Shown here piece by piece: positions 45,329 through 56,727 of a stretch of DNA of 64,000 nt (its first letter is position 1; every line of letters begins with the position of its first letter). The notes beneath the pieces were generated by a model. The model did not search any database. It worked only from the letters and a program-made list of their open reading frames with translations, and was not told the DNA's origin. Made by a program: the position numbers and the translations under genes. The DNA comes from Hyaloraphidium curvatum SAG 235-1 (lineage: Eukaryota > Fungi > Monoblepharomycota): assembly GCA_025558095.1 (NCBI GenBank), contig JAIVFI010000043.1, positions 1 through 64,000 on the forward strand, given 5' to 3'.

Positions 45329-47993
45329 CTAGAGCACCATGGCATCGAGCATGTCGTCGAGGCAATCGGCCGTGGCATCCGCCGACGCATCCGCCACCGC
45401 GTCCTCCTCCGCATCCACGGCGGCGTCCGACACGAGTCGACCGCCGCGTCGTCGACGAGGGTGGCGGCGGTGCCGGCCTCGATGGCCTCGACCCCCTCGA
45501 CGGCGTCGACGTCGACGTTGGTGAAGATCCGGAAGGAGCGGCGGAAGTCGGTCGTCGCGGCCGTTTCCTGGAAGAGGCAGCCCGGGCGGATCAGGAACGG
45601 CCCGCGGCAGGCGGGAACGCGCACCACCCACGTCGACCATGTCCCACAGGTCGTTCTCCCCCAGCCCTTCGAACGCCGAGCTGAGGTCGGGGTCGACCGC
45701 ATTGATCGCGTCCAGCAGCTCGCCCACCGACTCGCCCAGCGTTTCGAACAGGTCCACGAGGGTCTCGGTCAGCGTGTGAATGGCCTCGACCGCCATCTCC
45801 AGGATGGCCTCCGCAACCTGGTCGCCGACCCCCGGGAGGCCGAGCAGGTACCCCATCATGGCCGACCAGGCCTCGCCCGAGCTGATCTTGCGCGAGGCCT
45901 CGCGCAGGGTGCCGACAAACTCGAGGCACGGCTTGTTCGCGACCGTGCACATGGTCATGTTGACCCTGATGGCGTCCGAGATGGGCTCGAGCTTCCTGTA
46001 CGCGGGGCCGAGCACGGTGTCGGGCACCAGGCCGCGGAGCCGCCCCGCGTTGACGTCGCGCGGGTAGCCCGCGGGGGCCGCCCCGAGATTCAGGCAGTCC
46101 CTGCGGCTCCAGATCCTCCCGGGGGAGGAAAGCGGCGGGAAGGGTCCCGTGGTCCTGTTGCGGGCGCCGGTGTGCATGACGACGAACTGCACGTTGGCAA
46201 CGTTGGGGTTGGCGCCGGGCTGGCAGGGATGGCCGAGGACGGCGGTGCCGTTGTCGTGCAGGCAGACGTCCCCGAGGCCGCGGTAGTTGGGCTGGAGCTC
46301 GAACAAAGGGTGACCCTGGGGGCCCAGCAGCTGCTCGCCGTTGACGCCCAGAACGGGGAGGTTCTGCATGAACTGCTGCTGCTGGGTCCAGTAGGTCTTG
46401 TTGAACGTGGCGGGGACGTCCTTGACGTAGGGGTTGAAGGCGTAGAACCACTGGCCAGTCGCGTTCTTGCTGCCGAAGCAGCAGCTGGGTCCGGTGCCGG
46501 CGACGAGGGTAGCCCTGCGCAGGTGTCGTCAGCATGGGGACCGCCGGCCGATCGTGCGCGCACTACCCACCACCCTGATTCGAGCGGGGGCTTCACCCAG
46601 CTGATGCCGATCCCGGACTTGCCCTCCACGTAGATCTGGAACGCGGCGGGGTCCGATCCGTACGGCACGAACTGCGGGGCCCCGATGTCGGCGCATTCGT
46701 TGTTGCCCAGCGTGACGGGGCGGAGGCGCGTGCCGGGGCCGGCGCCGCCGTAGTAGAACGTGGTGGGGGTGTCCTGGTTCACGAGCCGGACCACCAGGCC
46801 GGTGGTGGAGAAGGTGCCGCGCTCCTCCAGGCGGGGCCCCGGCACAGGGGCGGGGGCCTGCCTGCGGCCGATCGGCGGCGCGCGGCGGCGGAGGGAGCGG
46901 GCGCGGCGGGCGCGGGGCGTGCCTTTGGCCTTGCGGGCGGCGATCTTGGCGGCGATCGCGGCGCCCCGCGCCGACTGCGGCCCGCCAAATGCGTACGCGA
47001 CGGGCCCAAAGGCCCCCCAGAACTTTAGGAAGCGGCGCGCCTCTCCGCACTCGCCCGCCAGGCTGGCGTTGGTGGCGGTGCGCGCGAGCGAGAACGAGGC
47101 CGGGCACGAGTGGAGGGCCGAGGCGGCCAGGGCCTGCGCCGACAGCCTGGCGGCCGCGGCCTCGCAGGCGCCGCGCGAGGCAAACACGACGCAGCACGCG
47201 GCCAGCGGGCCGGTGCACGCGGGGCCGCCCGATCTGCGCGCGCACGCGGGGGCGCTGCTGCGCGGGTGCGCGCGCAGCGGGGCGAAGCGCGCGGCGGCGA
47301 GGCGGTGGCAGTACCACGGCCCGACGGCGTTGACGCGCACGGTGGCGGTGGCGGTGCGGCGCGCGGTGGCGGTGACGCGCGACGTCATGGTGCGCCGCAC
47401 CGACCTCGTGACGAGCGTGCGGAAGCGCGTGCGCGTGGCCGTCAGCGCGGACGCCATGCAGCACGGCCCGGCCGCGGGGCAGCGAGAGCACACGCCGCCG
47501 TTGGTGTTTGCGGCGATCGGCGGGGGCGCCGCGGAGGCGTCGCCGGCGGGCTGATCGGCCACGGGGGGCTGATCGGCCGCGCCACGCTGATCGGCCACGA
47601 GCGCCGCCACGTCGGCAGGTGACAGCGCGTGGGGAGCACTGCGGGGCGGCGGCACCGCGGTGGCGATGAAGACCGTCTTGGTGGTGGTCTGCGTCACCCG
47701 CACGGTCGCGCGGATGACCGTGAGCGAGGTGAGGGTCGTCTGTGGCGCGCGACAGCGGCGGGATGGCTGGGCGGTCAGCACGGGCACGGCCCCCCCCCCG
47801 AGACACCCACGGTGCCCAGGGAAGCGGTCTTGACGACGGTCGTGGTGGCTTTGCAGCAGCAGCCGGCCCCGGCGCCCGCGGACCCGCAGGCCGGGCCGAC
47901 GGCGGTGGCGCCGGCCGGCCCGGCCGCGAGCAGCGCCGCGAGCGCGGCGCACGCGAGGGCCAGGAATGCGATGGAGCGCGGATGGACGCGCAT
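45329..47993 (-). CDS. Large secreted Cys-rich/Thr-rich protein of unknown function with an acidic helical C-terminus (3 introns; apparent frameshift near 45435)
   Basis: Signal peptide MRVHPRSIAFLALACAALAALLAA; gtgggt donors at 47810, 46570 and 45631 with matching acceptors. Confidence 0.72.
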
Positions 47994-48866
47994 CGGCGTT
48001 TTCGGCGTGCTTGTCGTTGAGGAATGGCGGGTGTGGCGGTGTGGGGATCGCGCGCCCCTTTTTGTTGGGATGAGTCGTTATTCCCGCGCCCAGCTTGGTC
48101 ATTTCCGCGCCTGCCAAGACGCAGAAAACGATTGCCCCGCGCAGCAATCGATCATCCGCGTCGGTCGGTACAGGATTGCCCGCTTTCACCGCTCTCGCGC
48201 TCCCGTGCCCGTGACGCTCCCTCCCGCTGCCGCCATGCCAGCGAAACACCTTCCAGAATGTATCCCGCGCCCGCCCGAACCGTCCCGCACCGCCCCCAGC
48301 CCCGCCGCCAGCCCCGCCTACGCCTCCCGCGCCGCCGTCACCCTGCTCCTCGCCCGTCTCCCCCAATCCCACGCAAACAGCTCCTTTGCCTGCTTACTCC
48401 TTGCCTTCAGCGCGGTGCAGGTAACCCCCCGCTGGCACGCCCGAAAGCACCCCGTAGGCCTCGGAGCAATGCGCCGCCACATGCCCAGTATCACCATGGC
48501 CACCGCTGGGCATGTCGGAGCCCGGGTCGCCGTCCGCGGCCCGCAGTTTTCGCCGACCGTTCATGGAGCCAGATGTCCTCTAGCCACGGTGGCGAGCTAC
48601 GCCGCCACGGCGATTGGTCCTGCCCCGTTCCTCCTCGGACATCTCTGACAACTCGCAGCCACGGCCGAGCTCGTCGCTGGACGCAGCCGGAGCCGCTATA
48701 TTGAAGCAGCGAAGGAGTCCACTGCGCGCACCGTCCACCACGCTCTCCAAACAGACACGATACCGGCATCCGCCGGGCATAGCAAGTCCACCGGTCCGTC
48801 AGCCCCCAAGGACGGGCTTCCATTCCGCAATCGGTCCCCCGGGGCTGGCCTTTCCCCTCGGTTTCC

Positions 48867-49722
48867 TTACCAATCACCCCTCGCCCGCATCCTCCTCCCA
48901 GTCACCGTCTTGACCCGCGTGACGGTCTTGGTGCCCCCGTTCTTCTTGACCGTCTTGAACCGTTTCTCCGTGATGGTCTTGAGCACCTTTTTCAGCGCTG
49001 TCCACCGGACGCGGGGGGAGGGGGGGGGTGTCAGAACGTCCCCCGCAGGCGACGCGGGAGGGCAACCCACGCGGACACGCGTATTCCACCGTCCCGTTCG
49101 CCGCGACCCCCGGCGGTAGCGCCTTGGTCCCCTTTGGCAGCACCGGGCAGAGGTGCCTCCTCTCCAGTCTGCCGTTGTTCCTCCTCCCATTGTTCACCCT
49201 CCGCGTCGTCCTCCGGGTCGTCGTGGGGGCACGCGTCGTCGTGCGGCGGAGCGTCGTCGTCACCGCCTGCACAGCCGTCGTGACCGCCTCGACCGTGACG
49301 GTGGACCATGCCGTCGCCGTGGCGTAGGTCACCACCGTGGCCGTGGAATACGAGGTGGCCGTCGTGGTCGCGGTGTACGTCCACGTGGCGAAGCCGGTGG
49401 ACTCGTCCGAGAGCGCGGCGAGGCGCGCGAGCAGGCCGCGGCGCGGGGGCGGCGGGAGGGCGCCGGGTGGGGGCAGCCCGGGCGGCCGCACGCAGCTGCA
49501 ACGTGCAACACATTTCGGACGTCAGTCGGTGATCGGCGAGGCAGTCGGGACCGCCCACCAGCAGGAAGAGTTGTACGAGCAGCCGCGGCAGCAGGCGTCG
49601 CCCGCGACGTACACCGGCGCCGCCGTCGGCACCGGCGTGCTCGCCGCGCACAGCACCGCTGGCAACATGCCGGACAGCAGGAGGACGGCGGCGGCCGCCG
49701 CCATCTGCCGGGCGGGGGACAT
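48867..49722 (-). CDS. Small secreted Cys/Thr/basic protein; 2 introns
   Basis: Signal peptide; CCRGCSYNSSC|CCVRPP; Thr-rich run; YACP|PLKKVLKTITEKRFKTV. Confidence 0.75.
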
Positions 49723-49926
49723 GGTGGAGGGGCGACGGGTCCAGTGACGAGTGGCGCAAGTCCTTTCCTGCGGCCACACCGCCCGGATCGTCGGCGAATG
49801 CGCGGGGAATCCAGTTGCAAAGCGCCAACAGTTGCATCCCGGCATCATCATCATTCGGCGTTGGTTAGGCTTCCGCGGCCCTGCAAGGCCCCGGGAACCC
49901 GCCTGCCCCTCCCGGGCTTCTTCCCG

Positions 49927-51177
49927 TCACCGCCTCAGCAACGGCAGCCCCACCCACACCACCATCCCCAGCAACCCCGCGTTCCTCGCCGCCATCACCA
50001 GCGCCACCCAGCCATCCACCTCTCCCTCAGGCCCGTCCGCACGGATCAGCACCCTCCTCCCGTCCCAAGGCGGCATCCCCGTGCCCCCCGCGACAAAGTG
50101 GTACGGGAACACCCAGGTCGTCAATAACGCCGCCGCGGTGCCCAGGAGGGAGAACAGGGCGAGGTGAGCGGCGGTAGGGAGCGATTCGGCGCCCGCCAAG
50201 GCGAGGAGGGGCAGTAGCCATACTAGGTACTGCGGGGAGAGGACCTTGGAGAGGGTGCCGGCGAGGAGGACGGCGAGGAGGGACGTGCGGTATGCGCGTT
50301 GCGAGGGGAAGGATGTCCGGCGGAAAAGGATCATCCGGAGGAGGAGCAGCAGGAGAAGTACCCCGACGACGGCGGCGGAAAGGTGCGCGAGGAGACCGGC
50401 CCAGGGGCCGGCGAGGTCCCACGACCCGGGCCCCTGCGCGGCGCGGGTTCCCGGGCGGAGCAGAAGGAGCAGGGAAGCCCACGCGGATTCGGCCTCGAGG
50501 CCGCGGGCGGCGTTGTAGGAGAGGAACTCGAGCGCGGCCCGACCGCCGACCAGCAGAGCGAAGGCAAAGGGGAGGCCCAGTGTGAAGAAAAGCACCCCCG
50601 TCGCAACCATCCGATGGCGCCCGTCGAGGCCGAGCAGGAAGTACGGCACCGCGACGATCGGCACCCACTTGTACGCCGCCCCGAGGCCCAGCGCAGCCGC
50701 CCCCACCGCGACCCACCTCGCCCCTTCCCCCCCTCCGATCCTCGCACACGCGTAAGCCCATGTTGCGAAAGAAACCAGCACCCCCGCGTCCAGCCTGTCC
50801 AGCAGCACCGGCGCCAGCGCGGCCCCCTGGAACATGAGCCCCCACGCGGCCGCGGCGTCCATCCCCGTCCCAGGGCGGCGGATCCGCACCGCCATCGCGA
50901 TCAGCGCCGCGGCAGTAGTTTCGCATGCGGCCATGAGCAGGCGGAACAGCAGGCGGTACTCGTTCGCCGGGCCCCCGGGGTTGGCCCATTCCGGCCACGC
51001 GACGGCCAGGTACGCCAGGGGAGGGTACTCGAACCGAAAATCCGCGTACGGCCTCCCGCGCGACGCGTAGGAAAAGTACAGGGGCACGTCGCTGCCCGCG
51101 GGCAGGAGGAACAGCGCGAGGAGGAGGCGCGAGAAGGCGTGGAACGCGAGCGGCGTGGCGAGGCGGGAGGGCGGCAT
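49927..51177 (-). CDS. GT-C fold glycosyltransferase, GT87/DUF2029-like; intronless
   Basis: SDVPLYF...RPYADFRFEYPPLA; DRLD; KWVP; RGLEAES; KVLSPQYLVWLLP; many TM helices. Confidence 0.85.
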   Translation of the reverse strand: MPPSRLATPLAFHAFSRLLLALFLLPAGSDVPLYFSYASRGRPYADFRFEYPPLAYLAVAWPEWANPGGPANEYRLLFRLLMAACETTAAALIAMAVRIRRPGTGMDAAAAWGLMFQGAALAPVLLDRLDAGVLVSFATWAYACARIGGGEGARWVAVGAAALGLGAAYKWVPIVAVPYFLLGLDGRHRMVATGVLFFTLGLPFAFALLVGGRAALEFLSYNAARGLEAESAWASLLLLLRPGTRAAQGPGSWDLAGPWAGLLAHLSAAVVGVLLLLLLLRMILFRRTSFPSQRAYRTSLLAVLLAGTLSKVLSPQYLVWLLPLLALAGAESLPTAAHLALFSLLGTAAALLTTWVFPYHFVAGGTGMPPWDGRRVLIRADGPEGEVDGWVALVMAARNAGLLGMVVWVGLPLLRR

Positions 51178-51361
51178 CGCGGGGAGGGCGCGCCCCAAAG
51201 TGTCCGGGACATTCAGCTACGCATTTCTTCAAGAGATGACGCGTCCTTTTGGGATTCCGGAGGCACGGAGGTGTGCGATGGTGCACGCGGCGCCGGCGGC
51301 AAATCACCCGACCCGACTCCCTCCACCTCTCGCGCTCTTCCCTCCAGTTGCGGTACCCACG

Positions 51362-52763
51362 ATGACCGCCTCCGTCCCGCAGACGATGCGCAACGTCGTG
51401 CTCTCGGAGCCCTCGACGCCGCCGAAGAGCAAGGCCGAGCGGTACGACCCGCTGATCCTCACGACGTCGCCGACGCCGAAGCCCGGGCCGGGGCAGGTGC
51501 TCGTGCGGTTGAGGGCGGCGGCGTTGAACCACAAGGACATTTACTACCGGGAGGTCGGTTGGCGGCCTCGCGGACCGGGATTCCGGCGGTTAAGGGCGGG
51601 AAGCTGACGGCGTCTCCCACGTCTCGCTCGTTGGCTACCCACCCTCCACCGCCGCCTCCCGTGCCTCTATTCTCGTTCCCCCTTGCACGTTCAGGGCATG
51701 ATGCCGCTGATCAAGTACGGCGCCACCCTCGGCTGCGACGGCGCCGGCGACGTGGCCGCGGTCGGCGACGGCGTGGAGCCCTCGCTCGTGGGCCGCGCCG
51801 TGTACCTCAACTCGCAGGTCGGCTGGGAGAGCGACCCCGTCAAGCCCGAGGACAGGAAGGTCAACGGTGGGACGATGCTGCCGCGGTGCAATGGCATGGG
51901 CTGATCGGGCGTCTGCACAAGGCACCCTCGGCTCGTACCCGCTCCCGGGGACGCTGGCGGAGTACATCGTCGTGCCCCGGAGCATCGTCCACGACAAGCC
52001 GCCTCACCTGTCGTACGAGGAGGCCGCGGCGGTGCCGCTCGCCGGCCTGACGGTGGGCCCCCCGCGATCCTGTCTGCTCCCCACCTGACTTTCCCGCGCC
52101 CGGCGAGGACCAGGCCTGGCGGGCGCTGGTCACCCTCGGCGAGGCCAAAAAAGGCTCCAAGATCCTGGTCCCGGGCATCGGCGGCGGCGTCGCCATCTTC
52201 GCGCTGCAGTTCGGCCTCGCGCTGGGCTGCGAGGTGTGGGTCACCTCGGGCTCGGACGAGAAGCTCGCGCGCGCCATCAAGCTGGGGGCCAAGGGCGGGG
52301 TGAACTACAAGCGCAAGGACTGGGCGACGGAGCTGGAGAAGCTTTCGGGCGGGGAGTTTGACGCCGTGGGCTCCGGCCGGCGCTCCTTAGCCGCCGTTGG
52401 GGCTGATCGCTCCCCGATGTGCAGATCATCGACGGCTCCTCGGGCCCCAACACCCGCATCTTCATGCGCCTCGTCAAGGAGGGCGGCATCATCTCCATCT
52501 ACGGCGCCGTGGCGGGGTCCAACTCGACCATCACCATGCCGTACATCTGGTTCAAGGCGTGCCAGCTGCGCGGCTCGCGGATGGGAAACAACGCCGAGTT
52601 CCGCGCCATGACGAAGCTGATCAACGAGACGGGGATGCGGCCCGAGGTGAGCGGGGTGTGGGACGGCCTGGAGGCGTTCGAGGGGGCGTTCGAGGAGATG
52701 AGGGAGGGGAAGCAGTTTGGGAAGCTGGTGGTGAGGATCGACAAGCAGGGGGCGAAGCTGTAG
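51362..52763 (+). CDS. MDR-family (quinone oxidoreductase / Zn-ADH-like) NADPH oxidoreductase ending in AKL (multi-intron)
   Basis: GPGQVLVRLRAAALNHKD; LGCDGAG; EAAAVPLAGLT; ILVPGIGGGVA; QFGKLVV; KQGAKL*. Confidence 0.92.
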
Positions 52764-52887
52764 AGCGGTAGATCTTCGGTGGCGACAGAGGGCCTGAGAG
52801 GGCGGATGTGGCTTTGGCAAACCTCGCGCTGATGTCGATATGCGATTGAGCCGTCCGCTACAACGAGGCCTCCTGGAGGCGCCCCTA

Positions 52888-54145
52888 CTAGAGCTTGCCC
52901 TTTGCCGCCTTCTCGTCCGCCTTCCTCATGGCTTCGATAGCCAGCTCCGCATTGTGCGCGATCGACGACTCGACCCCACCCGCTGCCGTTCCCGCCGCCT
53001 GGCCGGCGGCGAAGCGGGCAAAAATGCCTTGGGAGACGATGCCGTACTTGAAGTAGTTCCAGACCCTGCGCGGCTTTCGTGTGAGGAAGACGTTGGGCCT
53101 GCAACATGTCGCCAACCCACCGGAGAAGTGCCCAGTCGGCTTCGCTGGGCCTGGTCCTCCCGGCCCTTTTGCAGTACACATCCACCAGCTCCTCGAACGG
53201 CGGGATCCCGAGCTCCTCCAGGTCCAACCCGACGAGCCCGCTCTTCACCGTCCCCGCGAACCGCTCGTCGAACGGGGTGAAGTAGTGCTCCAGCGCCGTC
53301 CCCAGGTCCGCGAGCGGGTGCCCCAGCGTCGCCAGCTCCCAGTCGAGCACGGCGACCACTTGCGGTTCCGAGGGGTGGAACATGACGTTGCCGATGTGGA
53401 TGTCCCCGTGCGCGACGCACACCTCGTCCGCGATCTCGTGCTTCTCCAGCCAGGCCATGATCCGGTCGCGGTGCGGGAGCTCGGGGACAGCGCGGCCGTC
53501 GGGGAACTTGGTGCCGGCCTGCGCCTTCTCGATGAGGAGCCACGTCTTGAACTGCCGCTTGAAGTAGTTCCCGGGGCGGTCGAACCCCGGCTGCCCGAGC
53601 AGCCCGACCTTGGCGGGATCGACGGTGTGGAGGGCCGCGATGGTCTCGACGAAGCTGTGGTAGGCTTTCCTGCGGTCCGCCTTGGAGAGGGAAGGGAGGA
53701 GGGTGTCGTTGAGCACGCGTCCGGGGACGAAGTCCATGACGTAGAACGGCTTGCCAAGGACTCCTTCCGGGACGGTCAGCGAACGCCCTTCCCTCGGCAA
53801 CGCGCATCCGAGCTCGCCTTCGTCCTCCTCGAGCGCGTGGACCTTGGGAACCGGCACGCCGGTGCCCTGCATGGCCTTGAGCGCTCGGAACTCGCGCTCG
53901 ACTTGGTGCGCAGTTTTGGAAATCGCGACGCCGGGCGGCTTCCTCCTGAGCACGAGCCTGCGCCCGGTGCCGGACTCGGTGAGCATGTAAGTCGGGTTGG
54001 ACTGCCCGTTGGAGAACTGCTTGGGCGGCTCGAGCGGGCCCGCGTAGCCGGGGACGCGGGCGCGGAGCCAGCCCTCGAGCTTCGGCATGTCCAGGGGCAC
54101 GCGCACCGGGCCGGGCGGCGGGACCGTGCCCGGTGCGGAGGCCAT
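52888..54145 (-). CDS. APH-family phosphotransferase (ACAD10/11 N-terminal kinase-like) ending in GKL
   Basis: QFSNGQSNPTY; VLRRKPPG; AHQVEREF; HGDIHIGN; VLDWELATLGHPLADL. Confidence 0.92.
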
Positions 54146-54597
54146 CTTCAATCGGGTCCTTCCTTTGGGCAAAAGGTCGGAGCACTGCGATTGGGGGAAG
54201 GGGAGACAAAAGATTGGAGCACGGACGATCGACCGCGGGGCCGGCAAAGCGTGGCCAACTCCCACTCTCCCACCAACTTCCCGCCATCGAAGTCGCACCG
54301 ATCCGTCGGCCTGTGCCTGTTAAGTGCCAACTCTGATTCCTCCAGCCTTCATGAACCACCCTCGGGCTACCACGGACCTGATGGTAGGGCGGGCGGAACG
54401 GTGCTTAGCTCGTAATGTGAACCGAGGCCCCACCCTGGAGCACGGGGCCCGCATGGAGAACGGGGACGTGAGCTGCTGGCCGGCCGTTGCCTCGCGCGAC
54501 TGTTGCGTCCGGGCACGTCCTCTGCGTACGCGCGGCGGCGTTGGGGTGATGTCGGATGCAATGCCGGCCGTGCAGCGGGCACCGCCCCGCACGGAAC

Positions 54598-54750
54598 CGC
54601 TGTGCAATGCGTGCGGGCTTCCGAACTTCTGGAACCGCCGGCAAAACAGCCTCACCGCAGTTCCGGGTGATCCAGGCCGGCCGGGGACGCAGTGCTGCTG
54701 CGCCCCTCGCCGATCGAAGCGTCCCTGGCGCCGGACCCTACATAAGCTCC
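54598..54750 (+). promoter_or_regulatory. Conserved upstream region of WW copy 2 with TACATAA (54739-54745)
   Basis: gttccgggtgatccaggccgg, gggacgcagtgctgctgcgcc and ggaccctacataagct are shared with copy 1. Confidence 0.55.
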
Positions 54751-54814
54751 ACCCCCGCCTGCCTCCCCCGTCTTCAGCAGTGCCTCCCAAGCCAGCAATC
54801 GCACCGACAGCAAC

Positions 54815-55306
54815 ATGCACGAGCAGAACCCCGCGACGCCGATGGAAGCGCCCCTCCCCGCCGGCTGGATCGCGCAGTTCGACCCAACGACGGGGCGGAC
54901 GTTCTTCGTCGACACCGCGAGGAACCCGGCCCTTTCCACCTGGGACGACCCGCGGGCCGCCCCACCGGCCTACTCGCCGCCGTCGGGCACGGCGGCGATG
55001 GGTTCGGCGATACTCGGGGCCGCGGTGCTCGGCGGCGCGGTCAGCCACTCGACCGGACATGGGCACGGGCACGGGTACTCGTCCCACGGGAATGGTGGAG
55101 GATGCGGGAGCCGCTCTTACAGCCGCGGGCATGGCCACGGTCATGGAGGCCACGGCCATGGCCACGGTTACTCGTCCCACGGGCACGGCGGGCACGGATA
55201 CTCGCACGGACACGGCGGTCATGGGTCCCACTACAGCGGACACGGCGGGCACGGAGGCTACGGCTTCTCCCTCTTCGGCTTTGGCCATGGCGGCGGGTGG
55301 CACTAA
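54815..55306 (+). CDS. WW-domain His/Gly-rich protein, copy 2
   Basis: Paralog of 44063-44656: same WW domain, PPAY, GTAAMG.AILGAAV and terminal GFSLFGFGHGGG. Confidence 0.88.
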   Translation: MHEQNPATPMEAPLPAGWIAQFDPTTGRTFFVDTARNPALSTWDDPRAAPPAYSPPSGTAAMGSAILGAAVLGGAVSHSTGHGHGHGYSSHGNGGGCGSRSYSRGHGHGHGGHGHGHGYSSHGHGGHGYSHGHGGHGSHYSGHGGHGGYGFSLFGFGHGGGWH

Positions 55307-55821
55307 TGAGGCCGCTGTGCGGTCTGATCCTTCCAAGTGAAAAGCGCACCAACTGTATGGTCAACTTGTCAATTCGATTATGCCTCGCGTCTCTTCAACT
55401 TCTGATTGGTCGGTTTGGCTTCCTGATGGTGCCGTCCGTGCCCGGGGCGCTCGTCGGGGCCGCTCTGCGAAGTCCTGTTCCTCCCCTCGTCCCCAAAACA
55501 TGAGCCAGATCACCAGCATCGATGGATTCGGCCACCGATATATCTCATCTTTTGCCTTCCAAGTTTCCCGGCAGCTCACATCGGACTTCGAGTAGGTCGC
55601 GGGCCAGCTTCAGGGATCGACGCACCGTGCTGCAGCGGCGCCCAGTCGGCCGCTCCAGCAACAAGCAAAATCATTGTCGAAGTGTACATCAGTCATATCA
55701 TCAGCATTACACAGAGGAAAGGCACCCCGACGACGATGTGGGGCGTAGCTACGGCGTGTCTGCTCGAGAGATCGCGCCTGTTCCGCACGAAGTGTCTTCC
55801 CCGCACCGCCAATCGCCTCCA

Positions 55822-56652
55822 ATGGCCTCCACCGACGACCCCGTCCTCCGCATCATGGTCATCGGGGCCCACCCGGACGACTGCGAGTACTTCAGCGCCG
55901 GAACCGCGTCCATCTACACCTCGCTCGGGCACCGCGTGCGCTTCGTCTCGCTGACCAACGGCGACGCCGGGCACCCCTCGCTCTCCGGAAAACCGCTCGC
56001 GGAGCGCAGGAAGGCCGAGGCCGAGGCCTCCGCACGGGTGCTGGGCGTGGAACGCGTCACCGTTCTCGACAACCACGACGGGGAGCTGGTGGACACGTTG
56101 GACCTCCGCCGCACCGTGATCGCGCTGATCCGGGAGTTTGCTCCGGACGCGGTGTTCACGCACCGTCCGTGGGACTACCACCCGGACCACCGCGCCACGG
56201 GGAGGGTGGTGGGCGACGCGATGCAGCAGCTCGCGATCAGGGCCATCGTGCCGGACGTGCCGCCGCTGGCTCGGCAGCCGGTGCTGATCTACATGTTCGA
56301 CATGTTCCGGAAGCCTTATCCGTTTCAGCCGGAGGTGGTGGTGGACGTCACGCCGGCGCTCCAGAAGAAGGTGGACGCGCTGGAGAAGCACACGTCGCAG
56401 GTGTTCGAGTTCCTGTACGGGGAGCCGGACGTGCCGCCCGCGGGGAGGCGGGCGTGGTTGGAGCGCAAGCTGCAGCCGGAGCTGATGGCTCCTTTGCGGG
56501 CGCACCCCGAGGCGGTGAGCAAGGCGTTCGGGGACAGGGCGGGGGAGGTCAAGTGCGTCGAGGTGTTCGAGGCGGGCGAGTACGGCGCGCGGCTGACGGA
56601 GCAGAGGAGGAGGAGGCTGTTTCCCTTCCTGTACGGCGGCTCCAAGCTCTGA
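55822..56652 (+). CDS. PIG-L/LmbE family N-acetyl deacetylase, intronless, with C-terminal SKL
   Basis: AHPDD; LTNGDAGH; RRKAEA; THRPWDYHPDH; KKVDALEKHTSQ; GGSKL*. Confidence 0.92.
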   Translation: MASTDDPVLRIMVIGAHPDDCEYFSAGTASIYTSLGHRVRFVSLTNGDAGHPSLSGKPLAERRKAEAEASARVLGVERVTVLDNHDGELVDTLDLRRTVIALIREFAPDAVFTHRPWDYHPDHRATGRVVGDAMQQLAIRAIVPDVPPLARQPVLIYMFDMFRKPYPFQPEVVVDVTPALQKKVDALEKHTSQVFEFLYGEPDVPPAGRRAWLERKLQPELMAPLRAHPEAVSKAFGDRAGEVKCVEVFEAGEYGARLTEQRRRRLFPFLYGGSKL

Positions 56653-56727
56653 ATGGGTTTGGGCGAGTCCCATTTTTCTTTGACTGGCCCGTACATCCGC
56701 ACTCTCCCCGTTCGACGCCTGCAGCCC

